Source of the DNA: Laetmonice hystrix
Taxonomy: Eukaryota
Length of the DNA: 64,000 bases
NCBI GenBank assembly: GCA_965235115.1
Contig: OZ249436.1
Coordinates: 6,202,001 to 6,266,000 of the forward strand
Reading direction: 5' to 3'
The notes under the pieces are model-generated. The model had not been told where the DNA came from and ran no database searches. It saw only the letters and a program-made list of their open reading frames with translations. The translations under genes and the position numbers were made by a program. Shown in pieces: positions 26,773-38,500 of the stretch (position 1 is the first letter of the stretch; each line of letters begins with the position of its first letter).

Positions 26773-27590
26773 TCTACATCCCGGCCGGGTTGTGAACCCC
26801 AGCCTCGGCCCTTGTAGGCCTACATCCCGGCCGGGTGGTGAACCCCAGCCTCGACCCTTGCAGGCCTACATCCCGGCCGGGTGGTGAACCCCAGCCTCGG
26901 CCCGTGTAGGCCTACATCCCGGCGGGGCGGTGAACCTCGGCCCTTGTAGGCTTACATCCCGGCCGGGCGGTGACCCTCGGCCCTTGTAGGCCTACATCCC
27001 GGCCGGGCGGTGACCCTCGGCCCTTGTAGGCCTACATCCCGGCCGGGCGGTGACCCTCGGCCCTTGTAGGCCTACATCCCGGCCGGGCGGTGACCCTCGG
27101 CCCTTGTAGGCCTACATCCCGGCCGGGCGGTGACCCTCGGCCCTTGTAGGCCTACATCCCGGCCGGGCGGTGACCCTCGGCCCTTGTAGGCCTACATCCC
27201 GGCCGGGCGGTGACCCTCGGCCCGTGTAGGCCTACATCCCGGCCGGGCGGTGAACCTCAGCCTCGGCCCCTGTAGGCCTACATCCCGGCCGGGCGGTGAA
27301 CCCCAGCCTCGGCCCGTGTAGGCCTACATCCCGGCCGGGCGGTGAACCTCAGCCTCGGCCCGTGTAGGCCTACATCCCGGCCGGGTGGTGAACCTCAGCC
27401 TCGGCTGGGATGTAGGCCTACATCCCGGCCGGGTGGTGAACCCAGCCTCGGCCCTTGTAGGCCTACATCCCGGCCGGGTGGTGACCCTCGGCCCGTGTAG
27501 GCCTACATCCCGGCCAGGCGGTGACCCTCGGCCCGTGTAGGCCTACATCCCGGCCGGGTGGTGAACCTCAGCCTCGGCCCTTGTAGGCGT
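26773..27590. repeat. GC-rich palindromic minisatellite, 40-46-bp unit, about 19 copies
   Basis: Unit ctacatcccggccgggcggtgaccctcggcccttgtaggc; contains TGTAGGCCTACA and CCCGGCCGGG. Confidence 0.97.
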
Positions 27591-28476
27591 ACATTCCATC
27601 GGGCAGGGAGCCCAAGTCTTGACCCTTGTAGATTCCGACCGGGTAAGTGGACCTCTATTACCGTCCTTGATGCTGGTCACAGATGTCCGTGGAAGGTCAC
27701 GACTTGACTAATGCCACGACCACCGTAAAAGAAGAGTCGACAATGCAATGGCGGGAAATATCCGCCACTGACTCGCAATATTGTGTGGTGCCCACCAGAT
27801 CCAACTGGGGAAAGGTATATTTGACAGAAGATGGGGAATAATTGAGTTCAACACAGAACAGAAATTAGATAAAGAAGAGGGCCTATCTGGTGGTGTAGCT
27901 TTACATATACTAGGCTTACTATTAGAAAACCAATGTATCTCCCAAGAAATAGCGTAGCTCTTGAAGTAAGCAGAAATTCCGCATTCATGATCACATATAT
28001 TGCAATAATAAAAGAAGCAGTTACAGGAATAGATTTAGATCTGCATGTCTGGCCATCTCAAGAAGTATTTAAGAACATTTTTAGGGAAGCTCTGGCGACA
28101 TTCCGTTTACACGAGTTACTATTCATGTTGCTTTCAATGTCATGAGGAAGGAATCGATAGTCTTGTCAGGTGGATATCGTAGTAAAGCTGGCAGAGAACA
28201 TGTTGGTATCCTTAGATCAGTCCAGGGAAACGATTTCCGTGTAGGCTGTCAATTCTGGCTGTTCTCTCTCATTGCAACCCATGTTAACTGTGCCTCTGGC
28301 ACGTCACTCTTTATTTGACGTTCTTCCCCATCCAGTAAGACCCTTTGAAGACACGGGCCCCAGAGGACTCATTAGGGACACCCCCGGATGTAATAATTGG
28401 AGAAGAGTCCATTGAGGAGGCGCCCTGTTTGGACATGTACTGTATACTCATATCGCATACGTTACTCACTCATCGG

Positions 28477-28772
28477 TAATCGTAATAATATACGCCACGT
28501 GTCGACAGACTCTCCTCTAATCGTAATAATATACGCCACGTGCCGACAGACTCTCCTCTAATCGTAATAATATACGCCACGTGTCGACAGACTCTCCTCT
28601 AATCGTAATAATATACGCCACGTGCCGACAGACTCTCCTCTAATCGTAATAATATACGCCACGTGCCGACAGACTCTCCTCTAATCGTAATAATATACGC
28701 CACGTGTCGACAGACTCTCTTTCCTCTAATTGTAATAATATAGGCCTACGCCACGTGCCGACAGACTCTCCT
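28477..28772. repeat. Minisatellite, 41-bp unit, about 7 copies
   Basis: Unit taatcgtaataatatacgccacgtg(t/c)cgacagactctcctc. Confidence 0.96.
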
Positions 28773-28957
28773 CTGATCGGATGAAGGATGAGGTTAAGTC
28801 CCAGGTATAGAATTCGTGTAACATAATGGGCTACATTTATTAGGGTGCAGAGTTGACAGAATATTGCTCTCAATGTCTGATTGCCTAAAGGTCGGCGAGA
28901 GAAGACCGAACATTCAGCTATTATAAGCAACGTTGGATATAACGGATATGAGACCGA

Positions 28958-29273
28958 ACCAAGGTCGGTGACGGAGGCCGGTATTGCCAACCAAGGTCGG
29001 TGACGGAGGCCGGTATTGCCAACCAAGGTCGGGGACGGAGGCCGGTATTGCCAACCAAGGTCGGTGACAGGGGCTGGTGTTGCCAACCAAGGTCGGTGAC
29101 AGAGGCTGGTATTGCCAACCAAGGTCGGGGACGGAGGCCGGTATTGCCAACCAAGGTCGGTGACAGGGGCTGGTGTTGCCAACCAAGGTCGGTGACAGGG
29201 GCTGGTATTGCCAACCAAGGTCGGTGACGGAGGCCGGTATTGCCAACCAAGGTCGGTGACGGAGGCCGGTATT
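28958..29273. repeat. Minisatellite, 32-bp unit, about 10 copies
   Basis: Unit aaccaaggtcggtgacggaggccggtattgcc. Confidence 0.96.
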
Positions 29274-30165
29274 GAGGACGCAGACACTTCCGTTATAAGG
29301 ATTATGATAGTCACGACCGACAGGAGAGAGCGATAGTTAGCCGTGTCCGTAGGACCTGTCGTGTTTCCGTCCCTAGGCTGAATATTGTGTTTAAATCAAC
29401 GAGCTGACCCTATAGGACGGCTTCCTGCTCGAGTGCTCTCCTCCTTGTCGTATTGGTCACGTCTGAGGACGGTTCTTACAGAACGAGGGCGGACGTGCAG
29501 ACGGTCACTAGATGCCCTCAGTCACCGCTTCACCAGCCACAGAACATGGAGTCGGCATGGCCACTTCCGGCACCGATTCCAAAGGGCTTCCGCTGCTGCC
29601 AGTGACAAATGCGCCCTGGCACAGAGCGCTGCCTCGGCCGACCACTCAATGTCCATTGCTATTTGACGCCGAAAGGAAAACGTTGTTCATGGTCATTTAC
29701 TATCCGAGTCGTCCCGAGGGTACGATTGTCGCAAGTAGACTGCTCGACTAGGCAAGTAGACTGCTCGACTAGAAAGCCATAGATCTGAGTCTGAATCCAC
29801 CTGATGGGGCATTCATTACATCTACTCCCGACCAGCATTGGCCGGAGAGCAGGAAAGAATACTTGAAATGGCCAGCGACATATTCAGGGATGTTGGCATT
29901 CCCCATGATTTGAATTATACCGCACCAAGTACGCCTACTCTAAAATCCGCAAATCTTCAAGATTCTGTTAAAGAGATGAAACAACCCGACTCACCACGCT
30001 GTTTATACCCGTGAAAATCTATATGGCCAACATCCATTTGAGACAATCAATATTTCTTCCAAGTCTCTGAGGATTATCTCGGTATTGAGAAGTGATTGTC
30101 ATACATCCATGCTTTCCTGGGCAACCCTTCCGAACGTACCAATCACGGTTTCCTAGGACAATATC

Positions 30166-30417
30166 GTGTTTGTCAGCGACACGCTTCATGAAGACTGTGT
30201 TTGTCAGCGACACGCTTCATGATGCCTGTGTTTGTCAGCGACACGCTTCATGATGCCTGTGTTTGTCAGCGACACGCTTCATGATGCCTGTGTTTGTCAG
30301 CGACACGCTTCATGATGCCTGTGTTTGTCAGCGACACGCTTCATGATGCCTGTGTTTGTCAGCGACACGCTTCATGATGCCTGTGTTTGTCAGCGACACG
30401 TTTCATGATGCCTGTGC
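30166..30417. repeat. Minisatellite, 31-bp unit, about 8 copies
   Basis: Unit tgtgtttgtcagcgacacgcttcatgatgcc. Confidence 0.96.
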
Positions 30418-33029
30418 GTAGCGTAGCACTCAACTTTGTTGCAGTTCACACGTAGGATAAAGAGTTTTATGTGATCCAACTGACAGAGAGACTGTTAATG
30501 ATGTAATGCTGCTGAACAACATTGTAAATTGGCCACACGGGAGCTCATCACATATAGAGTGAAGTTACGTCCACAAACTCTATGGAATGGAATTCCACTA
30601 TATGGAATTCCAAAGCCATTTACTCATTGTAGAACAAATTGACAGTTGTGAGAGTAATGTTTTACTCCGCCTCGATGGAGGTAGGAGAGGATAACTGGGA
30701 AGTGGTACCCGTGCGGTAGGGCCAGGGAATATGTGTGTCACCGTCAGCAGTATCGTCCGACTGGTGGTACCCGTGCGGTAGGGCCAGGCAATATGTGTGT
30801 CACCGTCAGCAGTATCGTCCGACGTATTATTCGACAGAGAAATATTCATGGTATCCTCCGCTCCGCTCATATTTCTGTGCGGGCTCCCTAGAGGTCGCTA
30901 CCATCGCGTTCCGCAGCAACTACGTAAGATATGCATATTTATCTAAGCTCTCCCGAACTACCTTTCCTTCCCTCCTTAAATAGGTGTCTGTTTCTGATCA
31001 ACTTCTCCATGTGCATGTCTCTTCGACACACTTGCCGCTGTACGCAGCTGTTGTCATCAATTCCAGCGCATGTATTCGGCTTCAGTGATCACGTGATTAC
31101 TATCGAGAGCGAATTAGAGCCCCAGAGGACATCTGTCTGAATGCACCAATCACCTTCCCTCTCTCGTCTCTTTCAATATCGCACTTAGCGTTGCGCGCGC
31201 ACCGACTGATGACAGTGCGCATGCGCCCAACAGCGATCGAACCTCTCTGTGGCAGTCGGTGAAATAGCATGTCCCAGGGAGACTGTACACGACCAGGATT
31301 CAAGGTAATAGGACCGGGCATTTATTACTGTTTCCCGGGACCGAGATAAATTCGTTTCCGTTTCCCACACAACCATAGATACTTGACATTGCTCCAAGAC
31401 GGTTTGGCCCAGCCGGTCTGCGGATCTCCAATCAACATGCCCCGGGATCTAGGTGATCACACCATCCTCAAATCATCGCTTCATTACGTCTTTTCATCGG
31501 AGAATTCGGCAATCAACACGCAGCTGCTTGTAAAATCACTGCTGAGGTTTTTTTTCTTGAATGAATAACGGTGGAACGGGGTTCGTTTTGAAATATTCCG
31601 GCATGTGGCGCCAAGGATATTTACAGCAGTGCGAAGGGCGGCAACAGCAGGGCATCATTTTGGGGGTTTTACATCTGTGCGCAGGTGATGACTTATCGGC
31701 CTGTCAGATGTGACTCGCACATCGAACCACCTCCTTGCCATACTCTGTTCAACTCGTGGTGGAGAGGTCTTCAGGCAAAATAAGAAGTGGCACCTTGCGG
31801 CGTCGGTCTTTACCAGCAATGATGTCAGTGAGATCGTGCACTTCAGGCGGTCCACCAATAATCGTCTCATGAGCCAAACATCAACTTTTCCTGTTCTTTG
31901 TAATAAAATGCGTGTTGATAGGGGACAGTGCCGTGTCTGTGCGGTAGGCTAACATCTCATGCCGCGTCTTTTTCACAAACACACGTCGATGTAGTTTAGA
32001 CGTTCTTCGTAGGGGGTAAGTGCGTGGCGTGTTATTCCAGCCAAGCATCTACTTTAAAATTTTTGCAGAACGCCTTCCTATACCCCCCCCCCCCCCATCG
32101 CCACCCAAACCTCTCAACCTGCATTATAACATCGGTGAAACTTTGCCATCGGAGTAAAACGTCAGTAGAAATGTAGGAAGCAAGGCCATATCTCTCATTC
32201 CGAGATGTTATTTATGGACAAAACAACGCCAGCTTGGCGTAACATCTCTGACGTATTCCAAGTGGCGCATTCCGCGTATACACCGCCGGAAGTTGACGTT
32301 ATTATCACAGCGCCACCGTTTCCAATACGTTAGCGTGTTCTCGGTTTGACTGACGGCTCCGGCCTATTATCGTTTGCAAATGGGAAGTCAAGACGTATTT
32401 ATAGAGGGCAAATCGCGGCCAAAATCAGCCGGCCGACATGACCACGGCACGCAGGCCCGGTCTCTGGTTATCGGATCTCCAGAACTTCGGCTCTCCGTGA
32501 ACGCAAGTTGACCCGGCCAATACGTGTCACGGCAGGCGAGGCGGGAACATGAGGCCTGATAACGGTATGTCGGGGGGAGGCTGTCCGCAGATAACACTCG
32601 CAACACCTAGAACTACATCCAGTCAGCACACCCAGGATGGAGACTTGGAAACTTTGACACGACTTCTTAATTGTCTGTAGGTTTTTATGACTGGTGAGGT
32701 AACGAACCCGGCCTTGTAAAATGTGCATGCAGACGGTCTTTTTACCGCGTCTCGTGGAGTTCCAGCTGCTTGTTTTAGTGTAACAAGAACCGGCTGGTTG
32801 AATTGACACCGTGAGTAATCTATCCACCCAACTATAGGTTTAAAATACCATAATAAAGTGAAAGCAGACAACGTTGTGTATAACCTTTAGCTTCCTACGA
32901 TAACAACCTACCACTGGTCTGTGTGGCGCCAAATACAGTCCCACCGGCACAGTCAGAGATAGTGCTAACTATTAAAAAAACTATACATGAAGATAAAACT
33001 AGAGAAAGCGTTTCTACCAGCCAGACGAC

Positions 33030-33760
33030 TTACCTGCGAGCGCCTTGAAGGTGAATGAGCTCATGCCAGACGAACGTAAAGCCAGGATTCCTTTCAGCCC
33101 GGAGTTACCGAACAGTATAGTATCTAGCAATAACCCTATGAATGCAAGCGTTGTTGTAACCACGATCACCCGGCCACATTTCCGTGTAGGAATGATACAT
33201 TTGAACAAAACGTATGCCATTTGACATACGGTGAACGGGAGGGTGAGGATATGGTGGATCCGGCCCGAGGTGCCGCCTGGACCCGGCAGTCCGTGCCACA
33301 CGGCAGGTGCCACCCCTCTGTACTTGCCACTCGATAATGCCATACCATACACGTGTAGCAACTGAGTGGAGCCAGAGGCTTTCTGTCCACCTTACAAAAC
33401 TCTATCAATAAATACACAGATATAAAGTGTTTCTGAAATCAATTGGCATCTCCGTTCATCGATCTTGAAGTGTAGTTCTCAGAACTCGATATGGAAGTGT
33501 TAATGAATGCTGTCTGTAGCAGGGGTTCAGTCGTGTTCAGTGCTGTAACAGTCGATCGTTGTAAGTCACTGCCACGTGTTTTCCACGCTCTGTGGATCAC
33601 CACGTTGTCTGGAGGCGACGCCCTGGAGACAGTCGTCACATACAGGAGTTGTGTGGTGGTCGTAGTGAGAGCGGTGCGGGGGGGCCACCGCAGGTGGTGG
33701 TGGTGGTGGTGGTGGTGGTGTGCCGGCCGGAGTGAACGGTGACCCGGCGACCGTCATCCC
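33030..33760 (-). pseudogene. Possible decayed Ser/Thr-rich linker plus chitin-binding (CBM14-like) domain remnants
   Basis: A nearly open frame reads RTALTTTTQ..STVTALNTTEP..NTSISSS, then FCKVDRKPLAPLSC..GWHLPCGT, TFCSNVSFLHG and a frameshifted NSGLK/NP. It ends at a CAG|GTAAGT donor near 33033. Confidence 0.28.
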
Positions 33761-34404
33761 TCTACTGCCGCCGTCGCCGCCGCCGGCCGTGGCCAGCCGA
33801 GCCCGGCACGCCTCCCCCTCTCACGCTATCTACCATCGGTGCCTCCTGTTCCAGGCAGCGCCCGTGCCACTTGGAAAACAAGCCTGCATTCATGAACACA
33901 ATGTACTGTGGCGGAGTAGAGAGTAGAAAGTGTTGTTATCCATGGTGGTTGCCGCCCGTGTAGGTGTGTTTTATCAGTTTGTGCCTGCAGTCCCCGTGGA
34001 TGGCATGTAAAACCTACACGGGGCGGGTCGTAGACTGAGGCCCGCTCGAGCAGAGATCGGTTTCTCGGGTTTCAACGACCAACCATCACTTATCTCTGCC
34101 TCCAGTGACTGAGTGACGGACGAGCTCTCGCACTCCCTGTATCCACACTCGCCGCCAGGTCGCGCTCCGAGCGGTGGCCTCCATCTGCGGCCCCGCGTTC
34201 CTCATCGTCTGCTGCAGCAGCTGGAGCGCTGTCTTCAGTACTGTACGCCAGCCGGTCAGCTACACCAGCTACCTTCATCATTCCATTAGGTCATTCCGCT
34301 ATCGACGTCCCTTCGCAAACTTCCCTCATTTTGTTTTCATGATTTCTTCCTCAGCGGTGACACGGCAATCACCGTGTCAATTTGGAGACAGCGAGCGCCA
34401 TTTC

Positions 34405-35068
34405 TCTGAGTGTCACTACCAATCCATCAGCCTATCTCCCCTCCTCCCCGCTCACTGCCAGATCACTCTGAGTGTCACTACCAACCCTACCCCCCCTCCT
34501 CCCCGCTCACTGCCAGATCACTCTGAGTGTCACTACCAACCCTACCTCCCCTCCCCCCCGCTCACTACCAGATCACTCTGAGTGTCACTACCAACCCTAC
34601 CTCCCCTCCCCCCCCCGCTCACTACCAGATCACTCTGAGTGTCACTACCAACCCTACCTCCCCTTCTCCCCGCTCACTGCCAGATCACTCTGAGTGTCAC
34701 TACCAACCCTACCTCCCCTCCTCCCCGCTCACTGCCAGATCACTCTGAGTGTCACTACCAACCCTACCTCCTCCCCGCTCACTGCCAGATCACTCTGAGT
34801 GTCACTACCAACCCTACCTCCCCTCCTCCCCGCTCACTGCCAGATCACTCTGAGTGTCACTACCAACCCTACCTCCCCTCCTCCCCGCTCACTGCCAGAT
34901 CACTCTGAGTATCACTACCAACCCTACCTCCCCTCCTCCCCGCTCACTGCCAGATCACTCTGAGTGTCACTACCAACCCTACCTCCCTCCTCCCCGCTCA
35001 CTGCCAGATCACTCTGAGTGTCACTACCAACCCTACCTCCCCTCCTCCCCGCTCACTGCCAGATCACT
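34405..35068. repeat. C-rich minisatellite, about 55-bp unit, about 12 copies
   Basis: Unit cagatcactctgagtgtcactaccaaccctacctcccctcctccccgctcactgc. Confidence 0.96.
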
Positions 35069-35212
35069 GCACTGCCATCTGACCTTCAAGTTTTCACATT
35101 TTTTCGATGTCCATGAAATACCGAAACACAAGGGAAATGCGGAAAAAGGGAGACACGTTACGTTGAGGGTATCATATCGCAATCCCACAGAGAACCTCAA
35201 AATCATCCTAAT

Positions 35213-35792
35213 CGACGTAACCGTAGAGGCACGTCAGGGACGTAACCGTAGCGGAACGTCAGGGACGTAACCGTAGAGGTACGTCAGGGACGTAACCGTA
35301 GTGGTACGTCAGGGACGTAACGGTACGTCCGGGACGTAACCGTAGAGGTACGTCCGGGACGTAACCGTAGAGGTACGTCAGGGACGTAACGGTACGTCAG
35401 GGACGTAACCGTAGCGGTACGTCAGGGACGTAACCGTAGTGGTACGTCAGGGACGTAACGGTACGCCAGGGACGTAACCGTAGCGGTACGTCAGGACGTA
35501 ACCGTAGAGGTACGTCAGGGACGTAACCGTAGCGGAACGTCAGGGACGTAACCGTAGCGGTACGTCAGGGACGTAACCGTAGCGGAACGTCAGGGACGTA
35601 ACCGTAGCGGCACGTCAGGGACGTAACCGTAGCGGAACGTCAGGGACGTAACCGTAGCGGTACGTCAGGGACGTAACCGTAGCGGAACGTCAGGGACGTA
35701 ACCGTAGCGGCACGTCAGGGACGTAACCGTAGCGGTACGTCAGGGACGTAACCGTAGCGGTACGTCAGGGACGTAACTGTAGCGGTACGTCA
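35213..35792. repeat. Minisatellite, 25-bp unit, about 24 copies
   Basis: Unit gacgtaaccgtagcggtacgtcagg. Confidence 0.96.
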
Positions 35793-35859
35793 GTGAAGCC
35801 ACTTGTCTGAACGAGGTGACAGCAATTACCCTGCAAATCAATAACAGGTCGGAATATTC

Positions 35860-36720
35860 ACCAGCCATGTCAACCTGCCATGGCCCACCCAGTGGCGGAT
35901 CCAGTGGGGGGGGGGGGGGGGGGGCTTTGGGGGCTTAAGCCCCCCCCCCCCCAGCTGACTCCAGATTTTTTTTTCCACGGGGATTAAATACTCTCTGTAT
36001 TCCAATCTCTCCCAGGGTTCACCGCGCCGGTCTCACATGTATCTAGCCCCCCCCCCCCCCCCAGTTGCAAAATCCTGGATCCGCCCCTGCCACCCGACCC
36101 CTCGAATTGACATATCTAACCATGTCAACCTGCCATGGCCCACCCGACCCCTCGAATTGACATATCCAGCCATGTCAACCTGCCATGGCCCACCCGACCC
36201 CTTGAATTGACATAATTATCCAGCCATGTCAACCTGCCATGGCCCACCCGACCCCTCGAATTGACATATCCAGTCATGTCAACCTGCCATGGCCCACCCG
36301 ACCCCTCGAATTGACATATCCAGATATGTCAACCTGCCATGGCCCACCCGACCCCTCGAATTGACATATCCAGCCATGTCAACCTGCCATGGCCCACCCG
36401 ACCCCTCGAATTGACATATCCAGCCATGCCAACCTGCTATGGCCCACCCGACCCCTCGAATTGACATATCCAGTCATGTCAACCTGCCATGGCCCACCCG
36501 ACCCCTCGAATTGACATATCCAGATATGTCAACCTGCCATGGCCCACCCGACCCCTCGAATTGACATATCCAGCCATGTCAACCTGCCATGGCCCACCCG
36601 ACCCCTCGAATTGACATATCCAGCCATGCCAACCTGCTATGGCCCACCCGACCCCTCGAATTGACATATCCAGCCATATCAACCTGCCATGGCCCACCCG
36701 ACCCCTCGAATTGACATATC
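35860..36720. repeat. Minisatellite, 50-bp unit, about 13 copies; first unit interrupted by a MITE
   Basis: Unit catgtcaacctgccatggcccacccgacccctcgaattgacatatccagc. Confidence 0.96.
35890..36089. mobile_element. hAT-like MITE with a 5-bp TSD, inserted into a minisatellite unit
   Basis: TIRs CAGTGGCGGATCCAG / CTGGATCCGCCCCTG; CCACC is duplicated (35885-35889, 36090-36094) relative to the uninterrupted units. Confidence 0.88.
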
Positions 36721-36900
36721 GCACAACTTGCATGGCTTCACCTGACAAGATTTGGCGATTTTAACATGCTATTTAAGGTTCTGAATCATTGTTCAACGTT
36801 TTTCTGGGTAAACGTGAATCCTGATCGAGTACACCTTCGAAAGTATAGCAATTGCTTTAAAATTATAACTAAACTTTATATACCCTTCAACCCTTTTTTC

Positions 36901-37030
36901 TGGGTGGAGGAAACCGGAGTACCCGGAGGAAACCACCGGCCTTCGGGAAGAACTGACTGACAAACCTTTCACACATGCAGCCCAGGCCGGGGATCGAACC
37001 CGGATGGCAGTGGTGTGAGGCGACGGTCCT
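36901..37030 (-). mobile_element. V-domain-type tRNA-SINE fragment
   Basis: The reverse complement has the B box GGTTCGATCC followed by CTCCGGGTACTCCGGTTTCCTCC, the hallmark of the V domain. Confidence 0.75.
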
Positions 37031-37249
37031 AGGTGTGGAAGTTTATATAGAACTCCCTCTATTATATCCGCCCATCTTTGGACATTGACTTCCGGATTTT
37101 TACGTACATAGGTCTTGAGTTATGGCAGTACCCTTCGTGGATTAATGCCTTTATTTGTGACGACAATTTTCCTAATTATATTTTGGCGCTTGTACAGAGA
37201 AGAGTTCCTGGCATGCTAGAAACCAGTGTATTAAAAAACGCGTTGTGTT

Positions 37250-38500
37250 TACAGCTGACTGATGTTCATGATAATCAAGGGGGTTTTACCCTCATCTATA
37301 ATGAATACAGACCCAGGGATAATGACAGTTATAATGCCGATCACCCCCTCCCCCAGCTCAGCCTGGCTCTCCCTCATCATCCCCAGGTATGAGGAGCACA
37401 CACATAATCTTCTCAACGATCTGACTATAGCTGCCCCGACCCGCAGGGACCGAGGTGGCCGGGGGCATGACAATTTGTTACCTATACGCGTCTCGCTGTC
37501 CGTAACATCCAATATCCTGCTCATCTTCCTACTTTCTGCATGAGTCCTTTGTGAAGCTCTGTGCTGGCCCCCGGCGCCTTCTGTTCGCAGGCGGAGAGCC
37601 AACCAATTTAGCACCATTGTTGCAAGCACGTTCGGAACGGACCCCACGAGAGCTTTTTATTCGACACGATATAGATTTCTATTGAAATTACACGCCTCAA
37701 GGCTTTCTGTAGCTGACGCTTACAGCGCATCTCAGCCACGTGTCTGGCTGGAAAATGTGGTCTATGGAAAGATTGGCTTTTGTTTTTAAAGAATAGCTCC
37801 GCTGCCATTAGTTTGCAGTAACGTTACTTTATACTCCCAGAATCACGCCGAGAGTCCCCAGTGCTGTTTTTCCTCGGTCTACCAGATTGTGTCTGCTGTT
37901 ACAATAGTATTCAGTGTGGTCGCAGCTGTCTACATCATTGTTACAGTTGGTGTATAAGAGACTAGTTAGCAATCGATTGTCCCATAGAAAGTGTGCAATG
38001 CCTAACTCGTCCCTATTTGCTATAATTGTACTGTTAGATCTGTGTGGTGACCATCCGATCCGATCGATAGCAATAATCACGCTACATTGTACGAGTATTC
38101 TTGGCGACTTGTTACATTTCAGCAGGAAGTGGCCCTCCATAATTGGCCAGAAATCTACTCAGAGAGTTTCCAGGCGACTTCCGAATAGAAAGATCGGTGT
38201 TTTCACTGTTTTTCTCGCGTTACAGCGTTACAATACTGCACCCGTCAAAGATTTCTGCCATACCATTCCTAATCCTCTGGCGAGAAGAAATCTTTGAGTG
38301 TCGGACCAAACGATGTGAAAACCCGCATAAATCCACAGTTTATCATCAGAATTATCATCTTTCAGGTAATGTGACATCTTGAACGACAACATTTTATGAA
38401 ATCGTAACTGGCCGTTACTAAGGGCCTTGTCGATGATTTACTGTCTGGAATTAGCCGAGGGCGTCAACAGGGGATTACTCTGCTTGACGCTGTGATCCGA
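37250..38500 (-). pseudogene. Possible heavily decayed GH18 catalytic-domain sequence
   Basis: Collinear, frameshifted fragments read by eye: G*FQTVN/IDKAL, PTLK/FLLARG, ETL*VDFW, VSNKKL/LVGSVP, VGSP/TEGAGG, SFTKDS, SVPAGRG, LGEGV. The first spacings (about 49 codons each) fit GH18; the middle section is about 45 codons too long. Confidence 0.35.

Noticed and set aside
27730..28260. Possible decayed LINE endonuclease (LSGGVALHI)
   Set aside because: Only one short motif; no other endonuclease or reverse transcriptase motifs are recognisable.
37254..37386. Possible plus-strand exon (ttacag|LTDVHDNQ..HHPQ|GTATGA)
   Set aside because: No recognisable product and no other plus-strand exons nearby.
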